From Candidatus Multivoradales bacterium (GTDB taxonomy: Bacteria; Acidobacteriota; Thermoanaerobaculia; Multivoradales; JAHEKO01), in contig CBDFIJ010000004.1 in assembly GCA_965248055.1 (NCBI GenBank), forward strand, positions 1,664,001 through 1,728,000: DNA of 64,000 nucleotides. Reading direction: 5' to 3'. Every line of letters begins with the position of its first letter. The stretch's first letter is position 1. Shown in pieces: positions 20,284 to 30,251 of this stretch. The notes beneath the pieces were generated by a model. The model worked only from the letters and a program-made list of their open reading frames with translations. It had not been told where the DNA came from and did not search any database. The position numbers and the translations under genes are program-made.

Positions 20284-21117
20284 TTATCCTTCGGAGACTT
20301 GCGACGCCAGCCCTCTCACAATCACAAACTCACCCGGTATCTGGTATCCCTCACCGACCCGATGCGGCGCGATGGAATCCAAGTAGTCGACGTGGGCTTC
20401 GGCGCGTGTCGCTTGATCGAATCGAGAGTAGGCCATGGCCACCGGGCCGCCGACAAAAGCAGCACCTGGCGCCTGCTTCTGATTGTCGTAGTGCAGCAGA
20501 GTGGAAATGCGTTGGGCCTCGATGTCGACAAGACCCGCCATGCCGAGGACGGTTTCTAGAGCGCCGGGTGAACCCAGCTGGAAAAACATCGGGCAGACTT
20601 CGCTCTTGACCCGAGCGTCTACGATCGGGAAAATCTCAGCCCAGCCACAAGCACTCCGTTCACCCCACACCGCCGCCACCGCGCGCCCACCGGGAACCAG
20701 AACGCGCGCCATTTCCTGTAGCGCTTCCAGCGGTAGAGGGACGTACATAAGGCCCAATGCGCACAGCGCGACATCCACCGATTGGTCTTCGCACTCCAGC
20801 TCTTCGGCACCACATCGAAGTGTCTTGATCTGGGCTAGATCATGCTCTTGAGCCAAGGCTTGGGTGGTGGCCACCATTTCTTGAGACAAATCGGTAGCCA
20901 ACACATAACCCTCGGGCCCAACCGCCCGAGCAGCCCGTAGCGTCACCAAGCCGGTACCACATGCAATGTCGATGACCCGCTCTCCAGCATTCAAGCCGGC
21001 CATTTCGATTAGGGAGTCCTGTGCTGGGCGTAGCTGCTCGCCCCAAAACGGTTCGCAGTCTGCAGCGGCCTTGTCCCATCCGTAGCGCTGGATGCGCCGT
21101 TGCAGTTTCGGTTGCAT
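20284..21117 (-). CDS. Class I SAM-dependent methyltransferase (UbiE-like)
   Basis: VIDIACGTG motif I and EMARVLVPGG. Confidence 0.9.
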   Translation of the reverse strand: MQPKLQRRIQRYGWDKAAADCEPFWGEQLRPAQDSLIEMAGLNAGERVIDIACGTGLVTLRAARAVGPEGYVLATDLSQEMVATTQALAQEHDLAQIKTLRCGAEELECEDQSVDVALCALGLMYVPLPLEALQEMARVLVPGGRAVAAVWGERSACGWAEIFPIVDARVKSEVCPMFFQLGSPGALETVLGMAGLVDIEAQRISTLLHYDNQKQAPGAAFVGGPVAMAYSRFDQATRAEAHVDYLDSIAPHRVGEGYQIPGEFVIVRGLASQVSEG

Positions 21118-21119
21118 CG

Positions 21120-21650
21120 CTAGCTCACCGGGTCAGCTGACGAAATAATCTGCACGGTTCTCTTGACCGACATCGGCTCGGCGAACACTTTGAGGTAGGA
21201 GCAGATCTCGTCCGCCTCGTTCACCATTGCACGGACCGCTTGCTCGCTCGCCGGAGACTCAATCGCCACGGTGTAGCGCACTTCGCTGTAGGCGGGGGTG
21301 ATACTGCTGTCTAAACCCAACTCACCACGGGCGTCATAGTCCGCCTGGACTTCGACCTCAAGGGCGTCGATAGGGATTTCTTTGAATGCCGCCCAGCGCA
21401 GGTAGGTAATGGACAGACAGGTTGCCAAAGCCCCTCGCCCAAACACCCCAGGATTGGGACCCTGGTTGTTGCCCCCGGCTTTCTCCCCGATATCGACCTT
21501 GAAGCTCCAATCGCCTTCTGTCACTTCACAGGTCAGCCCGTCGACCATTCGGGCTCGCGTCACCGCGATTCCCTGGCCCAGCGTCGGCCTCAGCTTGATC
21601 GCCCTCCGGTTGCGGGCAAACGCGGTACGAATCCGTTCGGCATCACTCAT
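21120..21650 (-). CDS. OsmC/Ohr-family protein
   Basis: D.GEKAGG.NQGPNP..GALATC and a second Cys (EICSY). ATG overlaps the upstream stop. Confidence 0.85.
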   Translation of the reverse strand: MSDAERIRTAFARNRRAIKLRPTLGQGIAVTRARMVDGLTCEVTEGDWSFKVDIGEKAGGNNQGPNPGVFGRGALATCLSITYLRWAAFKEIPIDALEVEVQADYDARGELGLDSSITPAYSEVRYTVAIESPASEQAVRAMVNEADEICSYLKVFAEPMSVKRTVQIISSADPVS

Positions 21651-23089
21651 CGACTGTCTCCCGGCAGATAACTGTCGATCACGCGCTCGATCGCCTCGGA
21701 GCAGACGCAGCAAAAATGATCCGGATTGCGGGTAAACATGATGCAGTCCGCCTGCGGCCGGTAGATGCCTTTGGCCTCATAGCCACCACCTTGAAAAGCA
21801 CCGACCTCACTAAAGTGTGGCTCCGAGGTGAGGTGCTGGATGGTTGCCTCTTTGACTCGCGCGAAATATTCCTCCATCACTTCTTCCGAAGCCCCGGAAG
21901 CACGCAGCTTGCCTCGTTCCTTTTGGAACTCCGCCATCATCGAGTCATAGGTATTTTGATCCCAGAGAGTCGGTAGCGGTGTACTTTCAGAAACCAAATG
22001 ACCCCATTTGATGTTGTCGGGATCCAGGAGAGCAGTGATGTTGGGTTCCCAGGGTTCAACTCCAGGCGGGTTGAAATTTTCGTACGACACCTGTGAGGTG
22101 TAGTACTCATCGGCCAACCCGGCAAACGCATGGCCAAACTCATGCACCACCAAGTATCCAAACTGCTGACTCTTGGCCGCCGCGGTGGAATACAGATTGT
22201 AGATCCCACCACCACCATACTTTTCACTGTTGGCGATCAGAATCAGCGCGTCGTAGGGAGCCTGAGCGGCAATTTCGCGCAACCGACGATTCTCCATGGT
22301 TAAGACGTAGCGCTCGGAATCGAAACTGTTGTAGGACATTCCCAATGGCGATGTGCGCCAAATCCCGGAACGCGGTCGAGAGATTCCGGACTCCTCTGAC
22401 GGGACATCAATCGCCCAGACATTGAAATCCGCCTTGCGATCGGAGAAGGGCGGGTAAGCAAACAAAAGTTCCGCCGCTTTGCGAGCATCAGCGTGGTAGG
22501 AATCCATCTCCTTGGCCGAATAACCGTCGCCCAAAACTAGCAAATCGACCTTCTCCGCAGGGCTGCCATTGTCGAGCACCGCCCACACTTCGTTTTTGTC
22601 GGCAATCGCAGAGCGATCGACCGATCGATGTTGCGGATCGATCAGGGTCGAATAGATCTCGCGAAAAGTACCGTCGTGGTGGCGCTTCTTCAACACCACC
22701 TGCACCGGATGCTTGGGTTCCGGGAAGCGCTGCGACTCGTGCAGACTGCGCCACACCCCGCGCCGTGCCTCACCGGTGGTCTCCCACTCACCGTAGATCG
22801 ACGAAAACGCTTGCGAGTAAATCGTCAGGTGGGTCTGCGGATCGACCACCAAGAACAAGTACTTACCCAGATTGTTGGTGTCCAACAAGGTTGCTCGCCG
22901 GCCCGGCCATTCGCCCTCGAGCCGGAAACGGTCAAGACTGACGTGCTCTTCTTCGGCGGTACCGGAATGGTAGTAGTCGAAGCGGAGAGACTTGCCGGTG
23001 AAGTGTTGGTCAAACACTGAGTCGGCTCGCGCCGGGGAAACTGCCATCGCAATTGTTAGTACGGCATAGACAAGAGCGTCAAAACGCAT
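21647..23089 (-). CDS. Peptidase M64 (IgA peptidase family) with N-terminal M64 domain
   Basis: LRFDYYHSG, VDLLVLGDGY, YGGGGIYN, HEFGHAFAGLADEY and YRP..DCIM..FC.VC motifs. Confidence 0.92.
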   Translation of the reverse strand: MRFDALVYAVLTIAMAVSPARADSVFDQHFTGKSLRFDYYHSGTAEEEHVSLDRFRLEGEWPGRRATLLDTNNLGKYLFLVVDPQTHLTIYSQAFSSIYGEWETTGEARRGVWRSLHESQRFPEPKHPVQVVLKKRHHDGTFREIYSTLIDPQHRSVDRSAIADKNEVWAVLDNGSPAEKVDLLVLGDGYSAKEMDSYHADARKAAELLFAYPPFSDRKADFNVWAIDVPSEESGISRPRSGIWRTSPLGMSYNSFDSERYVLTMENRRLREIAAQAPYDALILIANSEKYGGGGIYNLYSTAAAKSQQFGYLVVHEFGHAFAGLADEYYTSQVSYENFNPPGVEPWEPNITALLDPDNIKWGHLVSESTPLPTLWDQNTYDSMMAEFQKERGKLRASGASEEVMEEYFARVKEATIQHLTSEPHFSEVGAFQGGGYEAKGIYRPQADCIMFTRNPDHFCCVCSEAIERVIDSYLPGDSR

Positions 23090-23725
23090 GTTGGTTTTCC
23101 TTCTTGAGATCAACTTGGCTTAGATACTTCTTGAGACGCCAATTCGGCCATTGCCCAGGAACGATAAGCATCAGGGTTCATGGTACCCACAAAATATCGG
23201 TCTGTAGCTTGGCGCAAATCGGAAAACTGATTGCTGGCGTGGCGCGGGGTCGCGTAAACCGTATCTACGTCTGGGGTTTCGCCCCTAAAGAGACCGACCA
23301 AACGCTGGCGCACTTCGCGATCTGGCAAGGTAAGCAAAGGTTCGTCGCCCAAGCCCTTAGATACAGCCAAACCGCCAACTGCCACAGCGCACGAAGTAAC
23401 CACATCCGCCCAGCTTACTGAACCGCTCCGAAGCCACTGAAAGGCAATTACACCAGCTGCATACGCGAGCACCAATCGGACCTCCCGCGCTTTCAACCAG
23501 AGACTCAAGCCTCTAAGAGAACCATCCATACCTGCCTATTGTATTGGCGAGCCAATCTACCGCTAACGAAAAGCTAAGTAATCCGGCTGTAAACGCCCGC
23601 CCCGGCCATTCGCCCTCGAGCCGGAAGCGGTCGAGGCTGATGTGCTCTTCTTCGGCGGTGCCGGAATGGTAGTAGTCGAAGCGGAGAGATTTGCCGGTGA
23701 AATGTTGATCAAATACTGAGTCTGC
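22902..23725. repeat. Direct repeat of about 125 bp (22902-23026 and 23601-23725)
   Basis: Manual alignment gives about 10 mismatches and no gaps. Confidence 0.9.
23110..23529 (-). CDS. Hypothetical 2-TM membrane protein (paralog of 23817-24254)
   Basis: Two hydrophobic segments; shares PDR.VR.RL..LF, P.VD.VY, R.ATDRYF and AYR.W...EL with its paralog. Confidence 0.7.
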   Translation of the reverse strand: MDGSLRGLSLWLKAREVRLVLAYAAGVIAFQWLRSGSVSWADVVTSCAVAVGGLAVSKGLGDEPLLTLPDREVRQRLVGLFRGETPDVDTVYATPRHASNQFSDLRQATDRYFVGTMNPDAYRSWAMAELASQEVSKPS

Positions 23726-23773
23726 CAAGACCAGCCCGGCGTAGAGGAAGGAACGGTAGGTCACAGAATGCAT
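23513..23773 (-). pseudogene. Truncated duplicate of the M64 peptidase 5' region
   Basis: Encodes ADSVFDQHFTGKSLRFDYYHSGTAEEEHISLDRFRLEGEWPGR, nearly identical to the M64 N-terminus. Confidence 0.8.
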
Positions 23774-23816
23774 TTCGAGTCAGGCTCCTTTCTGCTTAGA
23801 CTCAGACCCAAGCCAG

Positions 23817-24254
23817 CTAAACACCGAGTTCCTTGGCCATCCAGGCGCGGTATGCAACGGCATCACCCTGTGCAAGAAAATACCGATCGGTCGCTTTTCG
23901 ATACTTCTCCACGCCCAGGCCTCCACCTCGCAAAGCCTCGTAGACTTGATCGACCTCCGGTAGCCCACCGAACTGGAACAACTCCCGCAGCCGCTTCCTT
24001 ACCACTCGGTCGGGAACAGTTGGAATTCGGTCTAACGCCAGCCAACTAAAAAAAACCAACCCCATTACACCAACGATAGCCTGGTGGATCAGCTCTTGGC
24101 GGCTGAAATCGTTGTCACGAAAGTACTGAAACGCGGCGACAGAGAGCATCCCAACGGCATACGCCCATACGCCGTTGGCCTGCAGCCAATCGAGCACAAC
24201 CCTGATCCAACTCCGCGGGACTTCAACTGGTTTGATTTCGACTTCGACCACCAT
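23817..24254 (-). CDS. Hypothetical 2-TM membrane protein (paralog of 23110-23529)
   Basis: Starts 3 nt after the protease stop; same conserved motifs as its paralog. Confidence 0.7.
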   Translation of the reverse strand: MVVEVEIKPVEVPRSWIRVVLDWLQANGVWAYAVGMLSVAAFQYFRDNDFSRQELIHQAIVGVMGLVFFSWLALDRIPTVPDRVVRKRLRELFQFGGLPEVDQVYEALRGGGLGVEKYRKATDRYFLAQGDAVAYRAWMAKELGV

Positions 24255-24257
24255 TGG

Positions 24258-26816
24258 CTAATTGTAGTCGCCTGAGCTACACCACAGCGCTTCCCCTTGT
24301 CCGATCGGGCTCCCCGGCGGTGGTTCGTCTGGGGTCCAGCCAGGGGTAGGGAACTGGTGCTCGCGTTCTAAGAAACGCTCGATATCGGCGATCAGTCCCT
24401 GGCGCGACACGTCTTCCCGGCCATGGTTCAGGTGGGAGACCGCTGATCGAAGGGTCCACTCCAACCAGGTGCGGATCTCTGGGCTGAGGTTGGGATTGGA
24501 AGCTCTTGCGATCAACCGCTCTGCGGCCGAGCGAGCCACACTTTGGCGAATCGCACCGGTGCGACTGGCTTCGTCTGCAACCGAGGCGAAAACTCTCTCA
24601 GCAAACAAACCTAGAACTTCGTCAACCGAGGGTAACGATTGGTCTCTGCGGTGCAGGTCGATCAAGCGAGCCAAGCGCTCTGGTTGAGTCAGATAGTCGG
24701 TGATCGATCCGGCAACGGTTGCGGCTGCGCCCAGAGAGTCAAACGCCGGAGAGGTTCCAGAGTTGAACAACTCACGATTCGAGCCGTAGCCAAACGGGCG
24801 CGGTGCCAACATCGCCAGCACTGCTTCGGGCAGATCGAGAGCCTGAGGATCCAGCGCGCTCAGCAGTGCATCCAGAGCTCGACGCTGTTGTTCGGCAGAA
24901 ATCGGCTGTGTCGGGACTTGACCATCGCCTGGGAAGGCGTAGCTGTATTCCATGCCTCCAATAACCTTGGCTGCCGCCTCGAGTTGAAAGCGATGATGAA
25001 AATAGACCGGGGCCAGTACCTCTTGCAGTAGTGCCACCGGCTTCCCAGCAGCGAGGTTGTGCTCGCCGAAACGTTCCAATGCTAGCCGGCGTACTGCGAG
25101 CACGTGCAGTAGCTCTTCGACTGGATCGCTACCGTTGTCCCACAAATTGGCTCGCGGATCAGAAGCCCTAGAGGGTCGGGCATCGGCGTCGGAAAGAAAC
25201 AACATTTTGCCATCCAGACCCTCTTGAACGATCTCAGCAAGCGCCGCAATTTCGTCAACTTCCGGAGCAAATTCGCTATAGGCAAAGCGGACACCCAGTG
25301 TGTCCCAGGTGCCGATTCCCACGCCATACGCCTTGGAGAAATCGAAGCTGCCATCCTCGTTGATGCCAATCAGTGGAGTCGGGTAGTCCATCACCGAAGC
25401 GCGATCGTCATAGGAACTAGCGGCGAAATTATGGGTGAACCCCAAGGTATGACCCACTTCATGTGCAGCCAACTGGCGAATGCGCGCTAGGGCTAGCTCG
25501 ACCGGATCGTCGGCGGCCCCAGTACCGGTCTTCTCAACCCCCGCCAGACCCTCAAACAACAAAATGTCCTGCCGCACCCGCAGCGACCCCAAATTGACAT
25601 GTCCTTTGATGATCTCGCCGGTCCGCGGGTCCGCCAATGGCGTTCCATACGACCAGCCCCGCGTGGATCGATGCACCCACTGGATGACGTTGTAACGGAC
25701 ATCCATTGGATGGACATCCTCAGGCAGCAGCTCCACGCGGTAGGCATCGATCAAACCGGCGGCATTAAAGGCATCCGCCCACCATCTGGCACCGTCCAGT
25801 AGAGCCGAACGTACCGGCTCCGGAGCTCCCGGGTCCAAGTAGTAGACGATCGGCTCCTTGACCGTAGACCTCTCTGTCGACGGGTCGGTTTTCTCCAGCC
25901 GATGGCGGTAAATCCAAGATCGGCGAATCGACTGGTCGAGCGGCACTGCATAGTCTTGAAAGGTCAAGCCGTAGGACGGCATCCGGGGATCAAACTCGCG
26001 AGTCTGGTAGCCATCATCCGGCAGACGGACAAACGAATGGTGCTGCATCACAGTAAAGGTATCCGCGGTGGGTGCTGTGCGCGCAACCTGGTCTCCGGGC
26101 TTGCCACTCGAATAAGTCAGTACCGCTTCTAGCTCAACGTTGTCGGGAAAAGCCAGGGTGGCGTCGAGGTCAATCGCACTGCGTGCCGAATCGAGGGCAA
26201 AGCTCCCGTGATTGCCGGTCTCCAGAGTGCGAGCGACATTGTGCGCATCCCGGAGCAGAAACGGCGAAAGATTGATCAGACTCCGACCATCCGCATCCTG
26301 GGCTTCGATCTTGGCCGCCCAAATCACCGACGGGGCAAAGGACTGGGCAACTGCACGCCGTTCCTGCTCATTGTCCGAAAGAGCTCGGAAAGCCAAATTG
26401 GGCTGCTCAAACAAGACCTTCTCGCCAACGCGACGCAGTGTGATGAGCTTGGAGTCACTAATCTGACCGCGATCCAAGCCCACCGGATTCGACCCCAACC
26501 CGGTCGCTAACCCCTCAAGATAGATCAACTGCAGCGCCTCGCCATTGTCGTTCGGCGCCGGGACCTCCATCCATACTTGGCCCTTCTGCCGGTCAAGATG
26601 GATCGTTACAAAGCCGTCCTTCTTGTCAATGCTCTGTTTTGCGAATTCTTGCGTCTTGGCCTCCACGGTCGGTAGGCCCGTCTTCTTCTCGCTGGTGGGA
26701 GCTTTTTCGGGTTCCTCCTTACGAGCTTCGACCGGGACCGATATCGCCAAGGAAAGAACAACGCAAAGCCCAACAATGCGCCGAAATGAGGTCAATAATG
26801 AGTGGGTGGCCAGCAT
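24258..26816 (-). CDS. Zinc-dependent metalloprotease (EcxA / DUF5117-DUF4953 met-zincin)
   Basis: Signal peptide; HEVGHTLGFTHNF, SVMDYP, DPRTGEIIKG and KEPIVYYLD motifs. Confidence 0.9.
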   Translation of the reverse strand: MLATHSLLTSFRRIVGLCVVLSLAISVPVEARKEEPEKAPTSEKKTGLPTVEAKTQEFAKQSIDKKDGFVTIHLDRQKGQVWMEVPAPNDNGEALQLIYLEGLATGLGSNPVGLDRGQISDSKLITLRRVGEKVLFEQPNLAFRALSDNEQERRAVAQSFAPSVIWAAKIEAQDADGRSLINLSPFLLRDAHNVARTLETGNHGSFALDSARSAIDLDATLAFPDNVELEAVLTYSSGKPGDQVARTAPTADTFTVMQHHSFVRLPDDGYQTREFDPRMPSYGLTFQDYAVPLDQSIRRSWIYRHRLEKTDPSTERSTVKEPIVYYLDPGAPEPVRSALLDGARWWADAFNAAGLIDAYRVELLPEDVHPMDVRYNVIQWVHRSTRGWSYGTPLADPRTGEIIKGHVNLGSLRVRQDILLFEGLAGVEKTGTGAADDPVELALARIRQLAAHEVGHTLGFTHNFAASSYDDRASVMDYPTPLIGINEDGSFDFSKAYGVGIGTWDTLGVRFAYSEFAPEVDEIAALAEIVQEGLDGKMLFLSDADARPSRASDPRANLWDNGSDPVEELLHVLAVRRLALERFGEHNLAAGKPVALLQEVLAPVYFHHRFQLEAAAKVIGGMEYSYAFPGDGQVPTQPISAEQQRRALDALLSALDPQALDLPEAVLAMLAPRPFGYGSNRELFNSGTSPAFDSLGAAATVAGSITDYLTQPERLARLIDLHRRDQSLPSVDEVLGLFAERVFASVADEASRTGAIRQSVARSAAERLIARASNPNLSPEIRTWLEWTLRSAVSHLNHGREDVSRQGLIADIERFLEREHQFPTPGWTPDEPPPGSPIGQGEALWCSSGDYN

Positions 26817-27077
26817 AGTTTGATCTCCAAGGTTAATGCCCCAACACGCTGTCAAGAAGCCTCAGGCAAGGAGCACTTGAAGCGCCATTGGATGCTAACA
26901 GCCACGATCAAGATCCCTTACTCTGGACAGTGACCGGGCCGGCGGATCAATTAGGGCGGTACTCGGCATTTCCGTCACCCCGTCCAGGGTATGTGGGGCT
27001 CTCAATACAATAGAATCCCCTTATTCACATGCTAGTATCCGCCTTCATATGGTGTTGCCTTTCCAAAAGGAGGAAGC

Positions 27078-27965
27078 ATGACTGGAGCTAGCTCGCCCCG
27101 GCATCAGGGTCGTATTGAGCCTGTTCTCGTAGGGTTGTTGTTCGTTGGCTTGGCTGTCGCAACCTTTCTGTTCGGTTCTCGCACCTGGTTGCCAGAGTTG
27201 GCGTCGCGTCACGGCGCAGGCATGGATCGAACCTTGATCTTCCTGCTGGTAGCGACCGGACTGATGTTTTTGATCGGCCATTTTGTCCTCGGCTATTTTG
27301 TTTTCCGCTTCGGCAGGGCGGACTCCGCCACTCCCGGACGGGCAAGCGCCAAGATGGAGCGGGGCTGGTCGATCGTTCTCGCTTTGATGATGGTGGTGGT
27401 TGGCGAAGGGGGGGTACTCGCGGTGGGCCTACCAGCGTGGAAGGAATACTTCGCCACTGCGCCTCCCGAAGATTCCTGGTTGGTGGAGGTCACATCTGAG
27501 CAGTTCGCCTGGAACATCCGCTATCCGGGGGAGGACGGTGAGTTGGGCCGCACCGACCCAACCCTGATCAAATTGGCCAACCCGATCGGCATCGATCCCG
27601 AGGATCCCTACAGCGCGGACGACCGCACGGCGATCAATCAGATTCACGTGCCAGTGAATCGCCCGGTCAGAGTTCGGTTGCGCGCCAAAGACGTGATCCA
27701 CAGTTTCTTTTTGCCTCATCTTCGAGTCAAGCAGGATGCGGTGCCGGGGATGACCATTGACGTCTGGTTTGTACCAACCAAAGAGGGTCAGTACGAATTG
27801 GCGTGCACCGAATTGTGCGGCCTTGGTCACTACCGGATGAGAGGCTTTTTTAACGTGTTGTCAGAGCAAGAGTTCGCTGAGTGGAGTGGCGAGGGGGGTT
27901 CGAAACCTGAAACCCCGGCAGTAGAAGTACCAGTGCAACCGGAGGGGGAGCAAAAGAATGGCTGA
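27078..27965 (+). CDS. coxB: Cytochrome c oxidase subunit II
   Basis: QFAW, DVIHSF and the CuA motif CTELCGLGHYRM. Confidence 0.95.
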   Translation: MTGASSPRHQGRIEPVLVGLLFVGLAVATFLFGSRTWLPELASRHGAGMDRTLIFLLVATGLMFLIGHFVLGYFVFRFGRADSATPGRASAKMERGWSIVLALMMVVVGEGGVLAVGLPAWKEYFATAPPEDSWLVEVTSEQFAWNIRYPGEDGELGRTDPTLIKLANPIGIDPEDPYSADDRTAINQIHVPVNRPVRVRLRAKDVIHSFFLPHLRVKQDAVPGMTIDVWFVPTKEGQYELACTELCGLGHYRMRGFFNVLSEQEFAEWSGEGGSKPETPAVEVPVQPEGEQKNG

Positions 27966-29679
27966 AGAACTTGGATTCTGGCGGCGTTACATATTCAGCA
28001 TCGACCATAAGATCATCGGCATCCAATACATTCTCACCGGTTTCCTTATGGCCGTGGTTGGAGGATTATTGATGGTGCTGATACGGATGCAGTTGGCGTG
28101 GCCAACGAGGCCATCAGGCCTATTGGCGGCGTTGTTTCCGAACGGCATGGCCGGTGGTTACATGGCGCCGGAATTCTATATCTCTCTGGTGACTATGCAC
28201 GGCACCATCATGGTGTTTTTCTTTATGTCATACGTGCTGGTCAGTGGGTTTGGTAACTACCTAGTTCCATTACATGTGGGCGCTCGCGACATGGCATTTC
28301 CGTTTCTCAATATGCTTTCATTTTGGATTGCAGCCACCAGCGCCCTGGTGATGCTGGCGTCCTTCTTCGTCGAAGGAGGTGCTGCTGCTTCCGGCTGGAC
28401 TGCCTATCCCCCGTTGAGCGCAATCGCGTCGGCAGTACCCGGATCAGGCATGGGGCAGACGCTGTGGTTGCTTTCGATGGCGTTGTTCATTGTCTCCTTC
28501 ACCATGAGCGGCCTCAACATCATTGTTACGGTGCTCACCCAGCGGGCACAAGGCATGTCTTTGATGAGGATGCCGTTGACAGCGTGGTCGTATTTCGTTT
28601 CGGCGGTCGTCGGAGTGCTTGCATTTCCGCCGCTGACTGCGGCCGCGATCATGCTGTTGTTCGATCGTCACCTCGGTACCAGCTTCTTCTTGCCCAAAGG
28701 GCTTGTGGTTGCTGGTCAGCTTCAGGAATACACCGGCGGCACTCCGCTGCTGTGGCAGCATTTGTTTTGGTTCCTGGGTCACCCCGAGGTTTACGTTCTA
28801 ATCCTCCCGGCCTTGGGGTTGGTGTTCGAGATTTTCCCCGCCTTCACCCGTAAGTCAGTGTTTGGATACCGAATCACAGTGTATTGCCTATTGGCAATTG
28901 GAGCACTGTCGATGATTGTCTGGGGGCATCACATGTTCGTCAGCGGAATGAGCCCCTACTCCGGCGAATACTTCACCATCATGACCCTGGTGATTACCAT
29001 TCCTTCAGCAATTATCGGCGTCAACATGATCGGTAGTCTGTGGGGTGGTGCAATCCGCTTGCGCACTCCGATGCTGTTTGCTCTCGGGGTGATCGCTCTT
29101 TTCGGCACCGGTGGTTTTGGCGGGCTATTTCTTGGTAACGCCACCGCCGACGTTCAGCTGCATGACACTTACTTTGTAGTCGGACACTTTCACTTCATGA
29201 TTGGTGGTGTCACTTTATTTGGGATGTTCGCAGCGGTCTATTTCTGGTTTCCCAAGATGTTCGGTCGCATGATGAACGAGACCCTAGGCAAGGCCCACTT
29301 TTGGCTGACAATTGTCTCTTTCTACTGTGTTTTTCTCATTCAGCACTTTATTGGCCTAGCCGGCATGCCACGGCGGTACTACTCGTTTTCCGACTATGAA
29401 TTCCTGCAGCCATTGCAGAACCTGCAAATTTTGGTGACGATCGCAGCATTTGTCTTGACTGCCTCCCAGTTGCTGTTCCTGGTCAACTTTTGCTGGAGTC
29501 TACTGCGCGGCAAACAGGCCGGAGAAAACCCATGGCAAGCGACGACCCTCGAGTGGACCCTGCCGTCTCCGCCGGCGCATGGCAATTGGACCAGCTTGCC
29601 TCAAGTGAACAAGTGGCCGTACGAATACGGTCCCGAGTTGGGCAACGACGGTTATTCGTCTCAAGCGGAACATGTCTGA
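27958..29679 (+). CDS. coxA: Cytochrome c oxidase subunit I (A1-type)
   Basis: TMHGT, DMAFP.LN, GHPEVY, WGHH, HDTY, HFH and MPRRY motifs. Confidence 0.95.
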   Translation: MAEELGFWRRYIFSIDHKIIGIQYILTGFLMAVVGGLLMVLIRMQLAWPTRPSGLLAALFPNGMAGGYMAPEFYISLVTMHGTIMVFFFMSYVLVSGFGNYLVPLHVGARDMAFPFLNMLSFWIAATSALVMLASFFVEGGAAASGWTAYPPLSAIASAVPGSGMGQTLWLLSMALFIVSFTMSGLNIIVTVLTQRAQGMSLMRMPLTAWSYFVSAVVGVLAFPPLTAAAIMLLFDRHLGTSFFLPKGLVVAGQLQEYTGGTPLLWQHLFWFLGHPEVYVLILPALGLVFEIFPAFTRKSVFGYRITVYCLLAIGALSMIVWGHHMFVSGMSPYSGEYFTIMTLVITIPSAIIGVNMIGSLWGGAIRLRTPMLFALGVIALFGTGGFGGLFLGNATADVQLHDTYFVVGHFHFMIGGVTLFGMFAAVYFWFPKMFGRMMNETLGKAHFWLTIVSFYCVFLIQHFIGLAGMPRRYYSFSDYEFLQPLQNLQILVTIAAFVLTASQLLFLVNFCWSLLRGKQAGENPWQATTLEWTLPSPPAHGNWTSLPQVNKWPYEYGPELGNDGYSSQAEHV

Positions 29680-30232
29680 GGTTGTTTCTCAGCGCCGCGC
29701 CTCGCTAGATCCAGCCCAGTTGGGTCTTTGGGCATTCCTAGGCACGGTGACGATGCTGTTTGCTGCGTTTGGCAGTGCCTATATTGTGCGCCGCGCCAGT
29801 GCCGATTGGGTACCGGTACAACTACCAGCCACGCTGATCTTAAGTACCGCAGTTCTATTGGCCAGCAGCATCAGCCTAGCGCTGGCGGAGCGTGCTGTGG
29901 CGACTCGCGAATCGGTAGCCCGCCGCTACCTGGCTTTGACTCTTCTACTGGGTATCGTGTTCGTTGGCTGCCAGATGTTCGCCTGGAGGCAGCTCGCCGT
30001 TCAAGGTGTTTTCGTGCCCACCAGCCCCCATAGCTCGTTTTTCTACCTACTCACCGGCGTACACATCTTGCACGTTGCAGGGGGCATCGCGATGTTGAGT
30101 TGGGCCATGGCCAAGGCTGGTGGTCAAAGTAAGGCTACTACCCACGTCCGAAGGCTCCGACTTTGTTCGACTTACTGGCACTTTCTCGCGGGGGTTTGGG
30201 TATTGCTTCTGTTGGGTATGAAATGGGGATAG
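29672..30232 (+). CDS. Cytochrome c oxidase subunit III family protein
   Basis: FYLLTGVHILHV and YWHF motifs. Confidence 0.9.
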   Translation: MSEVVSQRRASLDPAQLGLWAFLGTVTMLFAAFGSAYIVRRASADWVPVQLPATLILSTAVLLASSISLALAERAVATRESVARRYLALTLLLGIVFVGCQMFAWRQLAVQGVFVPTSPHSSFFYLLTGVHILHVAGGIAMLSWAMAKAGGQSKATTHVRRLRLCSTYWHFLAGVWVLLLLGMKWG

Positions 30233-30251
30233 AACTCTTGGAGGTGCGACG

